DNA from: Fibrobacter succinogenes subsp. succinogenes S85
GTDB lineage: Bacteria > Fibrobacterota > Fibrobacteria > Fibrobacterales > Fibrobacteraceae
Reading direction: 5' to 3'
Assembly: GCF_000146505.1 (NCBI RefSeq)
Contig: NC_017448.1
Span: 1-32,000 of the forward strand
DNA: 32,000 bases
Shown here: piece after piece, positions 9,114 through 17,921 of the stretch
Layout: the number at the start of each line of letters is the position of its first letter
How positions within the stretch are numbered: position 1 is the stretch's first letter
Notes under the pieces: generated by a model
The model's database searches: none
Seen by the model: the letters and a program-made list of their open reading frames with translations, nothing else
What the model was told of the DNA's origin: nothing
Made by a program: the position numbers and the translations under genes

Positions 9114-9141
9114 TTTCGTCTCTCGTCTTTCGTCTTTCGTC
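9114..9141 (+). repeat. tandem heptad repeat (TTTCGTC)x4, one copy variant TCTCGTC
   Basis: TTTCGTC TCTCGTC TTTCGTC TTTCGTC begins 10 nt after the TAG stop at 9102..9104 and ends 9 nt before the TATTTTTG box. Confidence 0.85.
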
Positions 9142-9149
9142 TAAAATTC

Positions 9150-9157
9150 TATTTTTG
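9150..9157 (+). promoter_or_regulatory. candidate -7 box TATTTTTG, 5 nt from the ATG (leaderless geometry)
   Basis: TATTTTTG-caccc-ATG is an exact TAnnTTTG match, with no Shine-Dalgarno before the cimA-like gene. Confidence 0.45.
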
Positions 9158-9162
9158 CACCC

Positions 9163-10770
9163 ATGAAAGTCCTTTTATACGATACAACGCTCCGTGACGG
9201 TAACCAAGACCGTAAAATAAGTCTCTCCTTAGCTGATAAAGTCCAGATCGCTCGAATTTTGGACCACTTTGGATTTGACTATATTGAAGGCGGTTGGCCG
9301 AACCCCAGCAATCCGACCGATGAGGAATTTTTTAAGCTCATCAAGGACGTTAAGCTCAAGCATGCAAAGATTGCCGCATTTGGCTCTACGCGCCGTCCGG
9401 GTATTTTGCCCGAGAACGACCCGCTTTTGCAGGCGCTCATCAAGTCCGAAGCTCCGGTCAAGACGATTTTCGGCAAGAGCTGGGATTTGCATGTAACGGA
9501 CGTTATCCGCACGACTCTCGAAGAAAACCTCGACATGATCGAGTCTTCGGTCGCATACCTTAAGGAACATTCCGAAGAGGTGATTTACGATGCGGAACAT
9601 TTCTTCGATGGCTATAAGGCTAATCCGGAATACGCGCTCGAAACGCTTAAGGCTGCCGAACTTGGCCATGCCGATTGCATTGTGCTTTGCGATACGAACG
9701 GCGGAACGATGCCGTGGGAAATCGAAGAAATCGTAAAGAAGGTTCAGACTAGAATTTCGACGCCGCTTGGCATCCACGTGCATAATGACAGTGGACTTGC
9801 CGTGGCAAACTCGATTTACGCTGTGAAAGCGGGTTGCGTGATGGTGCAGGGCGTGGTGAATGGCTACGGCGAACGCTGCGGTAACGCAAACCTCACGACA
9901 ATTGCCGCTGATTTGAAGTTTAAGATGGATCGCGATTTTGCTGCTGCTAAAAAGTTGAGCCATTTGCGCCAGCTTAGCGGCAACATCGACCAGATTGTGA
10001 ACTTGCCGAGCGACGTGCATGCTCCATATGTGGGCGATGCCGCATTTGCCCATAAGGGTGGTGCGCATATCGATGGCGTCATGAAGGTTTCTCGCAGTTT
10101 TGAACATATCGACCCACATTCCGTGGGCAATGACCGCGTTTTCGTGACAAGCGACCAGGCCGGTGGTTCTCTCGTTGTCGAAAAGCTCAAGGCCATCAAG
10201 CCGGGTATCGACAAGAAGGATCCGGTGGTGGCAAGCCTCCTCAAGGAAATCAAGGAACGCGAAAATGCGGGCTGGCATTTTGACTCCGCTGAAGCGAGCT
10301 TCAAGCTCTTGGTCTACCGCCACTTGGGAATGGTCAAGGAACCGTTCAAGGTGCTCAACTACCGCGTGATTGAAGATAAGACGCCGCAGGGTGTTTCTGT
10401 GTCGCAGGCTACGGTCAAGCTCCAGGTAGGCGACAAGATTAGCCATCAGGTGAGCGAAGGCGATGGTCCGGTGAACGCACTCGATGCCGCACTCCGCAAG
10501 GCTCTTTTGCCGTTCTTCCCGTGCATGGGAAGTGTTCGCCTCGACGATTTCAAGGTGCGCGTGCTCGGTTCCAATGTGGCTTCCGATGCTACGGTTCGTG
10601 TGTGGACAACTTTTGGCGATGAACACGGCTACTGGAACATGGTCGGCGTTTCGAGCAACATCATTGAGGCTTGCTGGACTGCTTTTGTCGATGGCCTTAC
10701 GTACAAGATTTTGCTTGAAGACAACGTTATCCCGAATGCATACAAGCATTTGGATGTGGCGTCCGTGTAA
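9163..10770 (+). CDS. cimA: citramalate synthase / LeuA-family (2-isopropylmalate synthase-like) enzyme
   Basis: MKVLLYDTTLRDGNQ...IEGGWPNPSNPTDEEFF...AKIAAFGSTRR and HVHNDSGLAVANS are HMGL-like TIM-barrel motifs. The 535-aa length and the GGWPxSNP signature fit the CimA-type branch. Substrate specificity is inferred only. Confidence 0.8.
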   Translation: MKVLLYDTTLRDGNQDRKISLSLADKVQIARILDHFGFDYIEGGWPNPSNPTDEEFFKLIKDVKLKHAKIAAFGSTRRPGILPENDPLLQALIKSEAPVKTIFGKSWDLHVTDVIRTTLEENLDMIESSVAYLKEHSEEVIYDAEHFFDGYKANPEYALETLKAAELGHADCIVLCDTNGGTMPWEIEEIVKKVQTRISTPLGIHVHNDSGLAVANSIYAVKAGCVMVQGVVNGYGERCGNANLTTIAADLKFKMDRDFAAAKKLSHLRQLSGNIDQIVNLPSDVHAPYVGDAAFAHKGGAHIDGVMKVSRSFEHIDPHSVGNDRVFVTSDQAGGSLVVEKLKAIKPGIDKKDPVVASLLKEIKERENAGWHFDSAEASFKLLVYRHLGMVKEPFKVLNYRVIEDKTPQGVSVSQATVKLQVGDKISHQVSEGDGPVNALDAALRKALLPFFPCMGSVRLDDFKVRVLGSNVASDATVRVWTTFGDEHGYWNMVGVSSNIIEACWTAFVDGLTYKILLEDNVIPNAYKHLDVASV

Positions 10771-10841
10771 ATTCGCTGAACCACGACAATTTGCCAAACC
10801 GTGCTGGGTTTTAGAGTTTAAAAAATAGAAGGTCTGTTAAA

Positions 10842-12131
10842 ATGAAAATCGTAAAAGTCACTCCGAAGTCTCAAGAGATTGACAGAATTTGTGGTCGTGA
10901 AGTTGCTCCGAGCAAGGAAATTCACGACAAGGTCATGGACATTCTCGCCGATATCAAGAACGGCGGTTATGCGAAGGCTGTGGAATACGCCCAGAAGTTC
11001 GATGGCCTCAAGGGCAAGAACCTCCGCGTGTCCGAAGCCGAAATCAAGAAGTCTGCCGCCAAGTGCCCGCCCGAAATGCAGCGTGCGCTCAAGCAGGCTA
11101 TCAAGAACGTCCGCGATTTCCACGTGAACCAGATGGAAGATTCCTGGCTCATGGAAGGCAAGGACGGCGTGGTTCTCGGTCAGCGTATTCGCCCGATGAA
11201 GCGCGTGGGGCTCTATGTTCCGGGTGGTGCTGGAATTTACCCGAGCACGGTCATTATGAATGCGGTTCCGGCCATTGTTGCTGGCGTCAAGGACATCGTT
11301 GTTGTGACTCCGATCAAGGGCGAAATCAACCGCGCTGTGGCTTTTGTGCTTTGCGAACTCGGCATTACCGAGGTCTATCACATCGGTGGCGCTCAGGCTA
11401 TTGGCATGCTTGCTTATGGTGCCAAGGATGGCAAGGGCAAGGTTGTCGTGGAACGTGTTGACAAGATTGTGGGCCCGGGTAACGTCTTTGCCGCAGTCGC
11501 TAAGAAGGAAGTTTTTGGCATTGTCGATATCGACATGGTGGCAGGCCCGTCCGAAGTGCTCGTGCTTGCAGACAATACCTGCGATCCGGACTTTGTCGCC
11601 GCCGACCTTTTGAGCCAGGCGGAACACGGTTCCGGTTTTGAAGCTGCCATCTGCATTACGGACAACATGGAAACCGCACAGATGATTAGCGAATGCGTGG
11701 ACATCCAGGTGGAAAATTCCCCCAAACGCGAATTGCTCCAAAAGGTGCTCGACAACTTTGGTCGCATCCTCGTGGTGAAGGACTGGTTCGACGGTGTAGC
11801 GATTGCTAATGCCATTGCTCCGGAACACATGGAAATCATGACCGATGAAGCCGAATCTATGGCAGCCCAGATCGAAAATGCGGGTGCCGTGTTTATCGGT
11901 CCGTGGTCTTCTGAACCGGTGGGTGACTACTTTGCTGGCCCCAACCACGTTCTCCCCACGAATGGCACGGGTCGCTTCTTCAGCCCGCTCGGCGTCTATG
12001 ACTTCCTCAAGCGCATGAGCATCATCAAGTACTCCGAAAAGGCTATCAAGAAGAACGCAAAGGCAATTGCTGTCGTGGCAAATGAAGAAGGCTTCATCCA
12101 CCACGCCGCTGCAGTCCTCAAGAGACTCTAA
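10842..12131 (+). CDS. hisD: histidinol dehydrogenase
   Basis: 429 aa, with the GGAQAIGMLAYG, GPGNVFAAVAKKEVFG.VDIDMVAGPSEVLV.AD and LLSQAEHG signatures. Confidence 0.95.
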   Translation: MKIVKVTPKSQEIDRICGREVAPSKEIHDKVMDILADIKNGGYAKAVEYAQKFDGLKGKNLRVSEAEIKKSAAKCPPEMQRALKQAIKNVRDFHVNQMEDSWLMEGKDGVVLGQRIRPMKRVGLYVPGGAGIYPSTVIMNAVPAIVAGVKDIVVVTPIKGEINRAVAFVLCELGITEVYHIGGAQAIGMLAYGAKDGKGKVVVERVDKIVGPGNVFAAVAKKEVFGIVDIDMVAGPSEVLVLADNTCDPDFVAADLLSQAEHGSGFEAAICITDNMETAQMISECVDIQVENSPKRELLQKVLDNFGRILVVKDWFDGVAIANAIAPEHMEIMTDEAESMAAQIENAGAVFIGPWSSEPVGDYFAGPNHVLPTNGTGRFFSPLGVYDFLKRMSIIKYSEKAIKKNAKAIAVVANEEGFIHHAAAVLKRL

Positions 12132-12139
12132 TCTAAATT

Positions 12140-12163
12140 GTTCCGCATTTGTTGCGGGACTTT
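12140..12163 (+). terminator. candidate intrinsic terminator after hisD
   Basis: GTTCCGCA-tttgt-TGCGGGAC: an 8-bp stem with one G.U pair, then TTT. Confidence 0.45.
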
Positions 12164-12175
12164 AATCGCATTACG

Positions 12176-12203
12176 AAAATGTCCGCCTCAGGGCGGACAT
12201 TTT
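12176..12203. terminator. bidirectional intrinsic terminator between convergent hisD and cvpA
   Basis: This is a perfect 12-bp palindrome, AAAATGTCCGCC-tcag-GGCGGACATTTT, so a U-run follows the stem on both strands. Confidence 0.75.
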
Positions 12204-12250
12204 GCGTTATAAAAGATTTTGACGAATGACGCTAGGCTTGTTGTGCTAAG

Positions 12251-12982
12251 TTAGCGCTTTGTATTGCTTGAATCCTTGGATGCGCTGGACTTGCCGTTTT
12301 CAAAAGTCTTTATAGCAGCGTCCTTTGCGGCTATGGCTGCATCTTTTGCTTTTTCGGCTGTCTCTGTGACTTTAGTCGTAACGCTGTCTGCCGCATTCTT
12401 GACGGCTGCTTTGGCGCTATCCGCTGCTTGCTCTGTCGAATTTATTGCTTTGTCTGTAAACGACTTGGTGAGCTCGCTTGCTTTTTCTGTGGCCAACTTA
12501 CGGAGGTCAACTTCATTGGAAGAATACCCCATGGTCTTGAGCGAAGACTTGTAGACGCTGTAGGCAATAGCGTTGTTGCGCAGGTTCTTGAGGTTCCCTT
12601 CGACGGGTAGCAAGTGCAAAATGGTGAGCAATACAAAGCAGACAAGAACGGCCTTGATGATTCCGAACAACATGCCTAAAATGCGATTTGTCTTTCCGAC
12701 GATGGTGTTCTTGATAGAATCACCGACAATGTGTCCGATAAGTGAAAACAACAGGAAGGGAACAAGAAAGCCGATGCAGGTGCAGATGAGGTGAGCTGTG
12801 AAATCGCTGAATGCAAAATTATGGATGAAAAAATCACCGAGTAGCCCCTGGGCAAAATAAGCGCCCAAAATTGCTGCCACCCATGCACAAAGCCTGAAAA
12901 CGCTGCTCAACAGACCGCGCCAAAGCCCGATGATGCCGAATACGAGCAGGCAAGCTGCGCATGCTATATCAATCCAATTCAT
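12251..12982 (-). CDS. cvpA: CvpA-family membrane protein with a long Ala/Lys/Thr-rich C-terminal tail
   Basis: The N-terminus MNWIDIACAACLLVFGIIGLWRGLL plus four predicted TM helices is typical of CvpA (colicin V production family). AAGGA lies upstream of the ATG. About 85 C-terminal residues are low complexity. Confidence 0.8.
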   Translation of the reverse strand: MNWIDIACAACLLVFGIIGLWRGLLSSVFRLCAWVAAILGAYFAQGLLGDFFIHNFAFSDFTAHLICTCIGFLVPFLLFSLIGHIVGDSIKNTIVGKTNRILGMLFGIIKAVLVCFVLLTILHLLPVEGNLKNLRNNAIAYSVYKSSLKTMGYSSNEVDLRKLATEKASELTKSFTDKAINSTEQAADSAKAAVKNAADSVTTKVTETAEKAKDAAIAAKDAAIKTFENGKSSASKDSSNTKR

Positions 12983-12995
12983 TGGACAATTCCTT

Positions 12996-14045
12996 CTAAA
13001 CCGCTAACTGAATGGTCAAGAAAACCATCGCAGTTACAATCACTCCAAGTATAAATCCTATTCCATACTTAAATGTAGTTTTTTGCGGTTTAGGCGATAT
13101 GACGGATTCGATTGGCTGGTCTTCGTTTACCGTATCTGCCCATTCGGCGATGTAGGGAGTCATGTCGCGTGGGTATTCTTTCATGATATCGGCAAGCTCG
13201 TTCGCTGCATCGCAGGCCGAAGAAGGGCGCTTGCTGGGACGTTTGTTGAGGAGCTTCAACACGAACTTGCGGAGCGGCTTTGGAACATCGTCCGGGAAGA
13301 CTTCGAGCTTGAACTTCATCTTGAGGATGTTTTCGCGCGTTTCTTCGAAGTCCTTGCCGCGGAAAAGATTTTCGCCGATGAGCATTTCGCTAGCGATGAT
13401 GCCTACGCTAAAGATATCGCTTGCGTAATTGACTTTTTGCCCCATGATTTGTTCTGGGCTCATGTAGGCGGCGGTGCCGATGATGCAACCGGTCTGCGTG
13501 AGTTCCTTGCCAATTTCGAGCGGGGTATCCGTGTGGGCGATACCAAAGTCCAGGAGACGAACGCGTCCGTCCTTGTCAATCATCATGTTGGCGGGCTTCA
13601 GGTCGCGGTGGGTCACGCCGTTTCGGTGAGCGTGGCTGAGTGCGCTCAAGAGTTCGTACAAAATGGTTTCGACAACCCAGATGGGCGGTCGCTTGTTTTT
13701 CAACAGCAAGTCCTTGAGACTTGAACCTTGTATGTACTCCATTGACATCGTGTAGTTGCCGTCACTGTCTTTCCAGAGGGCATACGGCTGGAGAATATTC
13801 GGGTGGTTCAGGTGGGCGAGGATGCTCCCTTCTTGCAGGAATCTCTTGATATAGATGTCCTGTTGGTTCAAGTTGGTGTTGAGCCTCTTGGCAACGACGA
13901 GTCGGTCGAGAGAAGGATCCCGACAAAGCCATAGGCTACCCATGGCTCCGCTATTGAGCGCTTGTATAGGTTTGTATCCGCCAATTTTAGACGGGAGCTG
14001 ATCTTTGACTTTCTTCCTGGACTGTGTTGCCTTGACCTCTTCCAT
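12996..14045 (-). CDS. Hanks-type Ser/Thr protein kinase, C-terminally membrane anchored
   Basis: Motifs: VVAKRL (VAIK lysine), HRDLKPANMMI, DFGIA and SPEQ. A single TM segment (GIGFILGVIVTAMVFLTIQLAV) lies at the extreme C-terminus. Confidence 0.9.
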   Translation of the reverse strand: MEEVKATQSRKKVKDQLPSKIGGYKPIQALNSGAMGSLWLCRDPSLDRLVVAKRLNTNLNQQDIYIKRFLQEGSILAHLNHPNILQPYALWKDSDGNYTMSMEYIQGSSLKDLLLKNKRPPIWVVETILYELLSALSHAHRNGVTHRDLKPANMMIDKDGRVRLLDFGIAHTDTPLEIGKELTQTGCIIGTAAYMSPEQIMGQKVNYASDIFSVGIIASEMLIGENLFRGKDFEETRENILKMKFKLEVFPDDVPKPLRKFVLKLLNKRPSKRPSSACDAANELADIMKEYPRDMTPYIAEWADTVNEDQPIESVISPKPQKTTFKYGIGFILGVIVTAMVFLTIQLAV

Positions 14046-14067
14046 GCTGCCCTATATAGAAAAAGAT

Positions 14068-15648
14068 TTACTTCTTGTCGCTTAGGTAAATGCTCTGGTG
14101 CTTCGTCTTCGGATCCTGATTGGGGTAATCGAGGATGTAGTGGAGCCCGCGAGATTCCTTGCGACGGAGGGCGGCGATGAGGATCATCTTGGAAACCTGG
14201 AGTGCGTTCAGGAATTCAAGGAAGTGCAAGTTTTCAGTTTCTTTGTTCTTAATAGCGGCGGCAACGTCGGCTTCGAGGCTTTCAATAACCTTGAGACCTT
14301 GGTTGAGGCCTGCAACGGTACGGACAATGCCGCAGTGCGTCCACATCATGTCCTGGAGCATCTTCTTGCGCTTGCGCCAGTAGGCCGCCTTTGCAAAACT
14401 GACCGTTTCTTTCTTGGACTTGGGTGCTGTGAATTTGTCCTTAGTGATGCCGCTCTTTTCGATATCATCGACGGCACGGATGGCAAATACTACGCTTTCC
14501 AAAAGCGAGTTCGAGGCAAGACGGTTTGCACCGTGAACGCCTGTTGCTGCAACTTCGCCGCAAGCATAGAGTCCCTTGATTTCGGTGCGGGACCAAGTAT
14601 CAACGAGAACGCCTCCGCACATGTAATGGGCTGCCGGGACGACTGGAATCCATTCCTTCGTGATGTCAATGCCTGCATCCATGCATTTAGAATAAATGTG
14701 CGGGAAGTGGCTCTTGATGTCCTTCGGCGTGCGGCCAGAAAGGTCAATGAACATGTGGTCCTTGCCGAGACGCTGCATTTCGCTGTGGATAGCGCGAGCG
14801 ACAATGTCACGTGGGGCGAGGGAGTGCAGCGGATGCACCTGGTTCATGAATTCTTCGCCCTTGTCGTTCTTGAGGATGCCGCCAAAACCGCGCACAGCTT
14901 CGGAGATGAGGAACGGCTTCTTGAACTTCGGTGCGTACAAGCTAGTCGGGTGGAACTGCATGAACTCAATATCCTGGAGGGCTGCGCCTGCACGGGCTGC
15001 AATCGCCATGCCGTCGCCACAGCTGTCGGGCGGGCAGACGGTGTACTGCCAAATGCGGCCTGCACCACCTGTCGAAAGGATGGTTGCCTTGGCGTAGATG
15101 CTTTCAACTTCACCGGATTTCTGGTGGATAATTTTTGCACCGACGCAGCGCTTGTTCTTGCCTTCGCCTTCGCAAATCAAGTCCTTGATGTAGCAGTTTT
15201 CAAGGTAGTCAATGTTCTTTTGCTTGTGAAGTTCACAGAGGAGGGCGCGCATGATCTCTTTACCGGTGAGGTCTGCGGCGTGCAAAATGCGGTGGTGGCT
15301 GTGTCCGCCTTCAAGGTGAAGGTCAAACTGCGACTTGTCTTCGGGCGACGGTGTGAACTGGACGCCCCACTTGACGAGCTGCTTGATGGTCGTGGGACCG
15401 TTCTTCACGAGAATTTTCACGGAGTCCTTTTTGCAAAGACCTGCACCTGCTTCGAGGGTGTCTGCCACATGGAATTCAAATTTGTCTGTTTTTTCGGTGA
15501 CAGAGCAGATACCGCCTTGAGCGTAGTTCGATGAGCCGTCCGGCTTTGCACCTTTGGTTAAAATGACAACGTGGAACCCTTTTTCTGCCGCGTGGAGAGC
15601 TGCGCTCAATCCAGAAATGCCGGCACCCAGAACCAAAATATCGTACAT
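14068..15648 (-). CDS. nadB: L-aspartate oxidase
   Basis: ORF 14068..15660 trimmed to ATG 15648, with GGAG 7 nt upstream. MYDILVLGAGISGLSAAL is an FAD dinucleotide fold, and the body is a succinate dehydrogenase/fumarate reductase-type flavoprotein (HYMCGGV, ACGEVA.TGVHGANRLASNSLLE). Length is about 526 aa. Confidence 0.9.
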   Translation of the reverse strand: MYDILVLGAGISGLSAALHAAEKGFHVVILTKGAKPDGSSNYAQGGICSVTEKTDKFEFHVADTLEAGAGLCKKDSVKILVKNGPTTIKQLVKWGVQFTPSPEDKSQFDLHLEGGHSHHRILHAADLTGKEIMRALLCELHKQKNIDYLENCYIKDLICEGEGKNKRCVGAKIIHQKSGEVESIYAKATILSTGGAGRIWQYTVCPPDSCGDGMAIAARAGAALQDIEFMQFHPTSLYAPKFKKPFLISEAVRGFGGILKNDKGEEFMNQVHPLHSLAPRDIVARAIHSEMQRLGKDHMFIDLSGRTPKDIKSHFPHIYSKCMDAGIDITKEWIPVVPAAHYMCGGVLVDTWSRTEIKGLYACGEVAATGVHGANRLASNSLLESVVFAIRAVDDIEKSGITKDKFTAPKSKKETVSFAKAAYWRKRKKMLQDMMWTHCGIVRTVAGLNQGLKVIESLEADVAAAIKNKETENLHFLEFLNALQVSKMILIAALRRKESRGLHYILDYPNQDPKTKHQSIYLSDKK

Positions 15649-15806
15649 GAGATACTCCAAAGGAATTGATGTATTTTTTTATGTCCAATAAATAGAAAAA
15701 ATAGGGCTTTTCGGCATTATATTTGGCTTGCAATTTCAATAAAATAAAATGCAAACATTTTTTTTTGCTATTTTTCGGGCGACAAAATTTTAATGGAGTT
15801 GTCTCT

Positions 15807-17738
15807 ATGTTAACGTGGATTAATGAAAAAGCCAAGTGGGTAATTGTGATCTTTGCCGCCGGTATCGCCATCGGTCTTCTCGCCATGGACCGTGTTCCGG
15901 ATCAGGGACGTAGCTATCCTATCGGCATTGTCAACGACACCAAGATTTCTTACACGGACTTTGATTCTCGCGTGAAGATGATCGTGCAGAATCAGTACCA
16001 GAACCAGCACTTGGACGACGAACAGTACTCCCAGCTCCGCGCTCAGGTGTTCTCCAGCTTCGTTCGTCAGGCTCTCTTTGCTGAACAGTACGAAAAGGCC
16101 GAACTGAGTGCCTCGGTTGCCGAACTCAAGAACGAGTTCAAGCGCAATTCCGATGCTGTCCGTGCTCGCTTGGTCCAGGAAGCTCAGGCTCGCCTCTATG
16201 CTATCCAGCAGCAGGCAACTTCTCAGGAAGACCTGATCCAGCGCTCTCAGGCATACCTCGCTTCTCTCCCGAAGTTCCTCACGGACACGACTTTCAACAA
16301 GGCTGATTACGATGCTTGGATTGAAACTCCGGCCGCTTACCGCTGGAGCGCAATGCTCTCGCTCGAAGACGAAATGAAGAACAACTCCATTCCGGCTCGT
16401 CAGCTCCAGACCTTGGTCGGCGCTTCTGTCCATCCGACTTCTCTCGAAGCCAAGTGGAGTGTTGAACGCCGCATGACGGACTACGAACTGCAGGTGGCGG
16501 TCGCCCCGAGTTCTGCATTTGTTGTGGATAGCAACTCTGTGGATAGCGTCATGGTCGCTGGCTACTTCAACGCCCACATCGATAGCTTCTTTGTCCAGAA
16601 GGATGCTGCTCAGTTCCAGTATGTTTCTATTCCGGTTGAAGCTACGGCAGGTGATGACGCTAGCATCCGTGAATACGCTATGACTCTTTACTACCAGCTC
16701 ACGGATTCCTCTTCTACGACGACGTTCGAAGACATGGCTCGCGTTTCTTCCGAAGACCCGGGCAGCGCCGAAAAGGGCGGCATCTTGAGCGAAGATTTCG
16801 TTGGCCGTGGCTCTTATGTGAAGCCGTTTGAAGAAGCTGCTTTTGCTCTTGATTCTGGTAAGATTTCTGAACCGGTCCGTTCTCAGTTCGGTTACCACAT
16901 CATCAAGTCTTACGGCAACGTGAAGAATGCTAAGGGTGAAGTTGAAAAGGTCAAGGTTGGCCACATCCTCCTCACTGTTACCGCTTCTTCCAATACTATT
17001 GATAGCCTTGAAAAGATTCTCACCAACATCAAGAAGGATGTTGATGCAGGTTCTGACTTGCTCACCGAAGCTCAGGCTCGCGGTCTCGAAGTCAAGACTT
17101 CCGAATGGGTTTCTCGCGATGGCAACATCGGTGCATTTGGCTACCTCAAGGGTCTCGCTTCTTTCGCTTGGCCGAACGAAAACCTCCCGAAGGAAGAAAG
17201 CGAAATCTCTGGCGTGCTCAGAAACAACAAGTGGGTTGTCATTGCCAAGAAGATTGGTTCCTTCACGGCTGGCGAACGTAGCCTCCCGCTCTACTACAAC
17301 GACATCAAGGAAACGCTCCTCAAGCAGAAGGCTGGCAAGGCTGCTGAAGCTTACTTGAGCTCTGTCGCCGCTCAGGTCAAGGAATGGAACCCGGCTGATA
17401 CGGCTGCCAAGATTGAAAAGGTTGAACTCGAAACCAAGAACGCTTCTGTGGATGGCTTTGTTCCGGGCTTCGGCTACGGCAATGCTCAGATTGCACGCGT
17501 TGTCGGCAAGGCTAAGGCCGGTGAATGGACTGCTCCGGTTGTCGCTGAAAACGGCGCCGTGATGGTCAAGGTCGTTTCCAAGAAGACTCCGAAGGTTGAA
17601 GAAGTTGAAGAAGCCATCAAGCAGGATGTAGACAACTCCTACCGCTTTGGCGTGATGACTGCTTTCAACGACTACGTGACTTCTCTTGAAGCTTCTACGC
17701 CGGTCAAGAGCAACCTCGACCTCTTCTACAGAGACTAA
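15807..17738 (+). CDS. PpiD-like membrane-anchored parvulin-type peptidyl-prolyl isomerase/chaperone
   Basis: ORF 15723..17738 trimmed to ATG 15807, with GGAG 9 nt upstream. It has an N-terminal TM segment ([19 protein letters not shown]) and a parvulin domain ([42 protein letters not shown]). Confidence 0.85.
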   Translation: MLTWINEKAKWVIVIFAAGIAIGLLAMDRVPDQGRSYPIGIVNDTKISYTDFDSRVKMIVQNQYQNQHLDDEQYSQLRAQVFSSFVRQALFAEQYEKAELSASVAELKNEFKRNSDAVRARLVQEAQARLYAIQQQATSQEDLIQRSQAYLASLPKFLTDTTFNKADYDAWIETPAAYRWSAMLSLEDEMKNNSIPARQLQTLVGASVHPTSLEAKWSVERRMTDYELQVAVAPSSAFVVDSNSVDSVMVAGYFNAHIDSFFVQKDAAQFQYVSIPVEATAGDDASIREYAMTLYYQLTDSSSTTTFEDMARVSSEDPGSAEKGGILSEDFVGRGSYVKPFEEAAFALDSGKISEPVRSQFGYHIIKSYGNVKNAKGEVEKVKVGHILLTVTASSNTIDSLEKILTNIKKDVDAGSDLLTEAQARGLEVKTSEWVSRDGNIGAFGYLKGLASFAWPNENLPKEESEISGVLRNNKWVVIAKKIGSFTAGERSLPLYYNDIKETLLKQKAGKAAEAYLSSVAAQVKEWNPADTAAKIEKVELETKNASVDGFVPGFGYGNAQIARVVGKAKAGEWTAPVVAENGAVMVKVVSKKTPKVEEVEEAIKQDVDNSYRFGVMTAFNDYVTSLEASTPVKSNLDLFYRD

Positions 17739-17807
17739 GGGCTTTCGCGAGAGCTTGACTCTCGTGAGCGCGCACAAAATCCGTCAGCAAATAAACTCAA
17801 TTATTGG

Positions 17808-17836
17808 TTGACGGATAATGCTTAAATTGCTATAAT
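17808..17836 (+). promoter_or_regulatory. sigma70-type promoter for tRNA-Glu
   Basis: TTGACG (17808..17813), a 17-nt spacer, then TATAAT (17831..17836). The -10 box ends 11 nt before the mature tRNA 5' end. Confidence 0.7.
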
Positions 17837-17847
17837 GTGCCGCACTC

Positions 17848-17920
17848 GCCCCCATCGTCTAGTGGCCCAGGACTCGGGATTCTCATTCCCGCAACAGCGG
17901 TTCGAGTCCGCTTGGGGGTA
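17848..17920 (+). tRNA. tRNA-Glu (anticodon CUC)
   Basis: A 73-nt cloverleaf folded by hand. The acceptor stem is GCCCCCA/TGGGGGT (G1.U72) and the D-arm is GTCT-AGTGGCCCA-GGAC. The anticodon arm is CGGGA-TTCTCAT-TCCCG and the T-arm is AGCGG-TTCGAGT-CCGCT. The discriminator is A and no CCA is encoded. Confidence 0.9.
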
Positions 17921-17921
17921 T

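Noticed and set aside
16523-16546. Two TGTGGATAG 9-mers, an 8/9 match to the reverse-complement DnaA box TGTGGATAA, spaced 15 nt apart.
   Set aside because: They lie inside the PpiD-like coding region and arise from a repeated V-D-S codon string (GTG GAT AGC). There is no AT-rich unwinding element or further boxes nearby, so this is not an origin.
17745-17770. A 9-bp hairpin, TCGCGAGAG-cttga-CTCTCGTGA, just after the PpiD-like stop.
   Set aside because: No U-run follows it, so I did not call it an intrinsic terminator. It may still be a 3'-end stabiliser.
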